From NCBI GenBank assembly GCA_009103225.1, contig RHPI01002558.1:1-11193 (forward strand): a DNA stretch of 11,193 nucleotides, given 5' to 3'. A model generated the notes under the pieces. That model was given only the letters and a program-made list of their open reading frames with translations, searched no databases and was not told where the DNA came from. Source of the stretch: Chlorokybus atmophyticus (taxonomy: Eukaryota; Plantae; Mesostigma and Chlorokybus algae). Both the position numbers and the translations under genes were made by a program. Below are positions 7,238 to 11,193 of the stretch, in pieces (within the stretch, counting starts at the first letter, position 1; each line of letters opens with the position of its first letter).

Positions 7238-7470
7238 CAGCTGGTGCAAGTGAACAGTGGCGGCCAACACCACCAGGCAAGTGAACTAAGCTGTTAATGC
7301 CGACAACAGCCTCAAGCAGCAGACAGCAACGCAAGCCACGTAAGCACTTAGGCAAGACAACGTGAGAATCTCAACATGTTTATGAAATTTTTCTGCCTAG
7401 ATTCAATCCCAATGCTGCGATCGTGATCCGTTTGTGAACTAACCGAGCCCGCTTTGACAATCTGGAGCAG

Positions 7471-7531
7471 CTAAACCCTAAACCTAAGCCCTGAGCTTGA
7501 GCCTAAACCTAAGCTCAAGCCTACACCCTAG
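7471..7531 (+). promoter_or_regulatory. Degenerate telomere-like (CCTAAA/CCTAAG/CCCTAA) array including a telo-box (AAACCCTAA, 7473-7481), in the divergent promoter / NDUFA6 leader
   Basis: ctaaac cctaaa cctaag ccctgag cttgag cctaaa cctaag ctcaag cctaca ccctag ends 5 nt before ATG 7537. The repeat is seen directly; the regulatory role is inferred from plant telo-boxes. Confidence 0.6.
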
Positions 7532-7536
7532 CTGTG

Positions 7537-8749
7537 ATGGCGGCGGCGGGGAAGGCGGCGGCGGCCGCTGCGGCCGCCACGCGAGCCGCCGTCTTGCCGA
7601 CGTCGCAGAGCGGCAGCGTTCAGGAGGCATCGTCGAAGGCGAGGGTAAGAGGGACCCCATCATCATGCTGGTTGAGGGGAGCGTGTGAAAGGCTGCGGTG
7701 TTGTGTTGCTGAACTTATGTGTACTTGTTTCCCTGTGTGTGTCGGCATTCTGTGTGCAGAAGTTCTTCCATGAGATTGCCAGGGCTATGCCGGCGATCAT
7801 GAAGGCTTACAACCTGGAGAACACGATTGAGGCTCATCAGCTGCTGTCCGCTGTGGCAGATGAGTTCCGGCGCTTTGCGCACGTCTCTAACCCCAAGGTA
7901 AAGCCATGCACTGTCCAGATTGCTTTCACTAGAAAGCGAGCACAGTGTCTACAATGCATTCATCAGTTAGTACAGATTGTGCATGTAACAAGTTACTCAC
8001 GCAAGTGAAAGTAATAATCCTCGTATTGTTTTGCTACTACTTCCATGCGCACAGCCGTCAATTGGTACATGCAGGATTTTTGCATTTGCGGTGATGTGTG
8101 CCTGACTTGTAAGTGGCTGCCCAGCGAGTACTGTACTTATCAGCACTTGTTGACTGTTATTCAGTCAGTCACTACAATAGTAGTATGGAAATGTCAGACT
8201 GTTTGTGGTCCTATGTACACTACGATATGGTTTGCGGCTGCTGTTATCGTACGTATGTTACAGCTGAGTGTAAGTTTAATACTGCCAACGAATCTTACAT
8301 GCAGCGCAACCGGTGAGTGAATTGAAGCGGTTGTACACTTTACTGAGCAGCACGATGTACGCAATGAGTCTGTTCAGCGTAGTTCTAATTAGAGTTGTAA
8401 GCCAAAACTGAAATCAACGTTGCTGTGTCCGTTGAGACAATGAGCTATTGGTTGCTTGTTGCAGCTGTCAAGAGCCAGCACATCTCATGTTTTGCCAAGC
8501 GGCATCAGCAGCTCACATCCACATTGACACTTGCGAGCGCATGCTCAAGGGTGAACCGCGCTGAGACTGACATTGTCTTAACAGGCCATAGATATGCTTG
8601 TTTACAAGGGCAGGGAGGAGCTTTACGACACGGTGATGCATTACAAGCAGCGGCATCACTTGCTGACGACGTGGGTGGAGCGATACAAACAGCGCACGCA
8701 GCCAAAGACATCAGACTTCCTTACCAGATTCTACCAGGGCAACAATTAG
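7537..8749 (+). CDS. NDUFA6: NADH dehydrogenase (ubiquinone) 1 alpha subcomplex subunit 6 (B14, LYR-family), 136 aa
   Basis: Exons 7537-7644, 7760-7897 and 8585-8749 (phase-0 GT-AG introns). Protein: MAAAGKAAAAAAAATRAAVLPTSQSGSVQEASSKARKFFHEIARAMPAIMKAYNLENTIEAHQLLSAVADEFRRFAHVSNPKAIDMLVYKGREELYDTVMHYKQRHHLLTTWVERYKQRTQPKTSDFLTRFYQGNN. It contains hallmark motifs: FF..R..P.IM..YNL, HV.[DN]PK.ID[ML]L..KG.EEL, KQRHH, and C-terminal SDFL..FY, as in plant B14. Confidence 0.96.
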
Positions 8750-9986
8750 ACAATTGTCCTAAATTGCTTTGTACTACTAATCTTAGCAGTAAGCATTTTG
8801 CAACTGCACTTGGGTCTTGTCATGGATTACATGCATACGACAATGCCACCAAACACATGTGTACATGTTAACATACAGGAGTCTGATCTAATGCAGAAAC
8901 CATGCCTTGCTTTTGTCTCATCAGCTTTGCTGTATGCAACACCGGCTGCTGACAATGGACCGAACAACTGTTATGGTCCTAGCATTCAACATTAGAGACA
9001 ACCGCAACACAGCTGGAACTGTTGCGCTGAGCCTAGACTTGTCAGCAAGTGCACCTTGCTAATGACAGAGTGTACATCAATGAAAAGGGCCCAATGCGCA
9101 AGGCAAATTGTGTAAAGCATGTGGTTGCTAAGGAACTTGCTCTTGGCTGCTTTGCGTTCTTGTATTCCTCTTGATTAACTATATGAACTTTCGTGTTGGT
9201 TACTTTCTCTTTTCGGTTTATGAGGCAATCGCATACAGCAGCATGCAAGTGCCCGAAGCAATAAGCCCTGCAAAAGTTTTGCATGGGCACATTTCACAAA
9301 ACCAACATGCGGTCATACCGACACCGACTGAAACACTATCATTGTGTAATTAAAGACTCTTGATAGTTGCATCTGTTGTGCACAACAACATGTCCTGGGA
9401 TTCCTTTGTGGGAGTACGTGCAAGCTACTCTCCAGTCATCAAATAGTTGCTGTGCTGCTGGGTGCACACGTTCTTACTCTGATGCAGCCACTTAATAGAC
9501 TGGTCACAAAGGTCACCAAATGTGTTTGACCACTGCAAAGGGAATAACACCATGTCTGCACACAGACAACCTCAAGAACAATTAAAGCCTCAAGAACAAT
9601 TATGGACAACAGAGCATTACTGCCAACATCATGGGTTGTACCTGAGGTCTCAAGCTACGCCCTGAACACGGAATATCATGTACATCTGTAGAGAGAACTA
9701 TTAGGTTGTAGACACAGTCGTTTTGATATGTAACACATTAAACGCGCACGCACAATACAGCACCGCAACTTTCGGGCGTTGTGGGCTTAAAATCACAATT
9801 GCGACACGGATGTCTGCGGGTGACCTTCACGCTTTCTCGGGCTGCAAAACTCTCTTTGCTACAACTCCCTGCACTGCCTTTCGGCTCAAGTTGAACGAGG
9901 AGCTGCAAACTCCCTTTTGGCAGGTATACTGGAAAACACAACTGTGTATAGCTGTCTGCAACGCCAGCTGGCGCCCGAGCTTGTCC

Positions 9987-10554
9987 TCAACCTCCTAGTT
10001 GTCTGGACACTTTCATCGCGTAGCGTGTCGGCCCGTTGATCCCCACCCATGGCGTGTTGCCGTCCTCAACAGTGTAAGAGGGCGCCGAAGGTTCCACTGG
10101 AGGCAGAGAGCGCTCCCTGGCGAGTCGTCTGGCTTCAAGCTGCTGTGCCCGCTTTCGTCTCACTGAGATGAGAGCGAACCATATGAGCCAAAAACAAATG
10201 CTACATGAAAAAGCATTGTTGTAAAGTGAGGTGATTGCACTTACGCAATGCTGCTCGAAGCGTTGGCCAGCTCCCGAGCGAGACCCACGACCGGAGTCCG
10301 TTTATCCATACAAGTGTGCTGTCATTTCTGCCACACGCAAGATGTCAATGCATGCACCTGTCAGGCAAGAACTAGTTTCGATAATGCATATGCCGCATGA
10401 GAATCGGGAACGAACATTCAAGGAACACATCAACTCACATGAGTGAAAATGTCCAAAGGCGACGAAGTTCTTGCAAACACGCAGGTCCGTTGGCTTGTCC
10501 ATTGCGATCCTGCCAGAACCAAGACTCTTCCCTTCCTTGCGTTGCCCGTGCCAT
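9987..10554 (-). CDS. GYF_2 (DUF4339)-domain protein, 124 aa in the minimal model
   Basis: Exons 10554-10439, 10327-10245 and 10162-9987 (GT-AG introns of 111 and 82 nt, phases consistent). Protein: MARATQGREESWFWQDRNGQANGPACLQELRRLWTFSLINDSTLVWINGLRSWVSLGSWPTLRAALLRRKRAQQLEARRLARERSLPPVEPSAPSYTVEDGNTPWVGINGPTRYAMKVSRQLGG. The pattern W-F-W...G-x-x-x-G-P...E-L...I-x-x-x-T-L-V-W-x-x-G-x-x-x-W matches GYF_2. An acceptor lies 7 nt before the ATG and a donor at ~11114 implies an upstream leader exon. The C-terminus may extend further (see findings). Confidence 0.82.
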
Positions 10555-11137
10555 GCTCAACCTAAACACAGACACGCATACAAACAATAAGCGTCAGCCC
10601 ATCTGGATAGGCAACAAGCACCGCAATAATCATAACGTGGCAACACGCGTGCAGACAACACAAGCGCCACTGACAGCAAGAGTGCCTCTCCTGGCATGCA
10701 GTTGGTGACGGCTGAACAAAGCTTGCAGAATTGTTAAGAGTTATCGCATGCCTCAAGTCAAACACGCTAAGCACCACAAAAGAAACGCCCGAACAGCCGA
10801 TGGGCGTGCAAATAATGCTTGCTGCTTGCAAACCGGTACATGACGTTAGCATTGCACACGTAGCTTTCCTGTGGCAACAATAGACTAAACAAGTACAAGC
10901 ACAGCCAATATTGTGGTAATAAGATGCCTTATGCGTCAAGTTTATATCTTGGCAACGACGCCAGCTCAGCAACCCAAGTCGCAACCAAAAGGGCAGAAAC
11001 CACCAGCAACACACGGTGAGCGCAAAGCAAACAGCACATAACCCGAAGTACCAGCCAGCTGCAAGCACCTACCCCAACCACCGACGACCCCTCTTAACAG
11101 CAAGCCAATCTCACCCAAAGCCCCACGAAGTCAAACA

Positions 11138-11168
11138 CCCGCCCGTCCGCCCGCCCGCTCGCCCGCCC
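11138..11168 (-). repeat. Six GGG tracts with 1-5-1-5-1 loops (GC-box-like; potential G-quadruplex)
   Basis: Minus strand: GGG C GGG CGAGC GGG C GGG CGGAC GGG C GGG, upstream of the GYF_2 gene's putative leader-exon donor. Confidence 0.7.
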
Positions 11169-11193
11169 GCGTCACGCCCAAGCCAAGAGCGGC

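Noticed and set aside
7471-7531. True chromosome end or CRISPR-like array
   Set aside because: It is short, degenerate, internal and flanked by genes, with no unique spacers.
9570-9602. 15-nt direct repeat cctcaagaacaatta x2 (period 18)
   Set aside because: It is a simple slippage duplication in non-coding or intronic sequence with no TE or target-site context.
10562-11068. 168-aa Cys/Leu-rich minus-strand ORF
   Set aside because: It has a non-ATG start, intron-like TG-rich composition, lies between the donor at ~11114 and the acceptor at 10562, and has no recognisable motif.

Overview
Compact, intron-rich eukaryotic DNA, most likely a green-lineage alga (inferred from a plant-type NDUFA6 and a plastid transit peptide). 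Most entries in the ORF track are artefacts of unspliced introns and CA/GT microsatellites. Splicing by hand gives genes in alternating orientation. (1) An unresolved minus-strand gene in an AT-rich block (1-2602, runs off the left edge). (2) A small type-I membrane protein with a cadherin-like beta-sandwich domain (2805-4512, +). (3) A 9-exon, 347-aa protein I cannot assign to a family, with a plastid-type transit peptide and four ~74-aa aromatic repeats (5035-7061, -); this is the standout. (4) Complex I subunit NDUFA6/B14 (7537-8749, +), head-to-head with gene 3 across a telomere-like repeat. (5) A GYF_2-domain protein (9987-10554, -, possibly extending to 9175). I found no rRNA, tRNA, CRISPR array or recognisable transposase.
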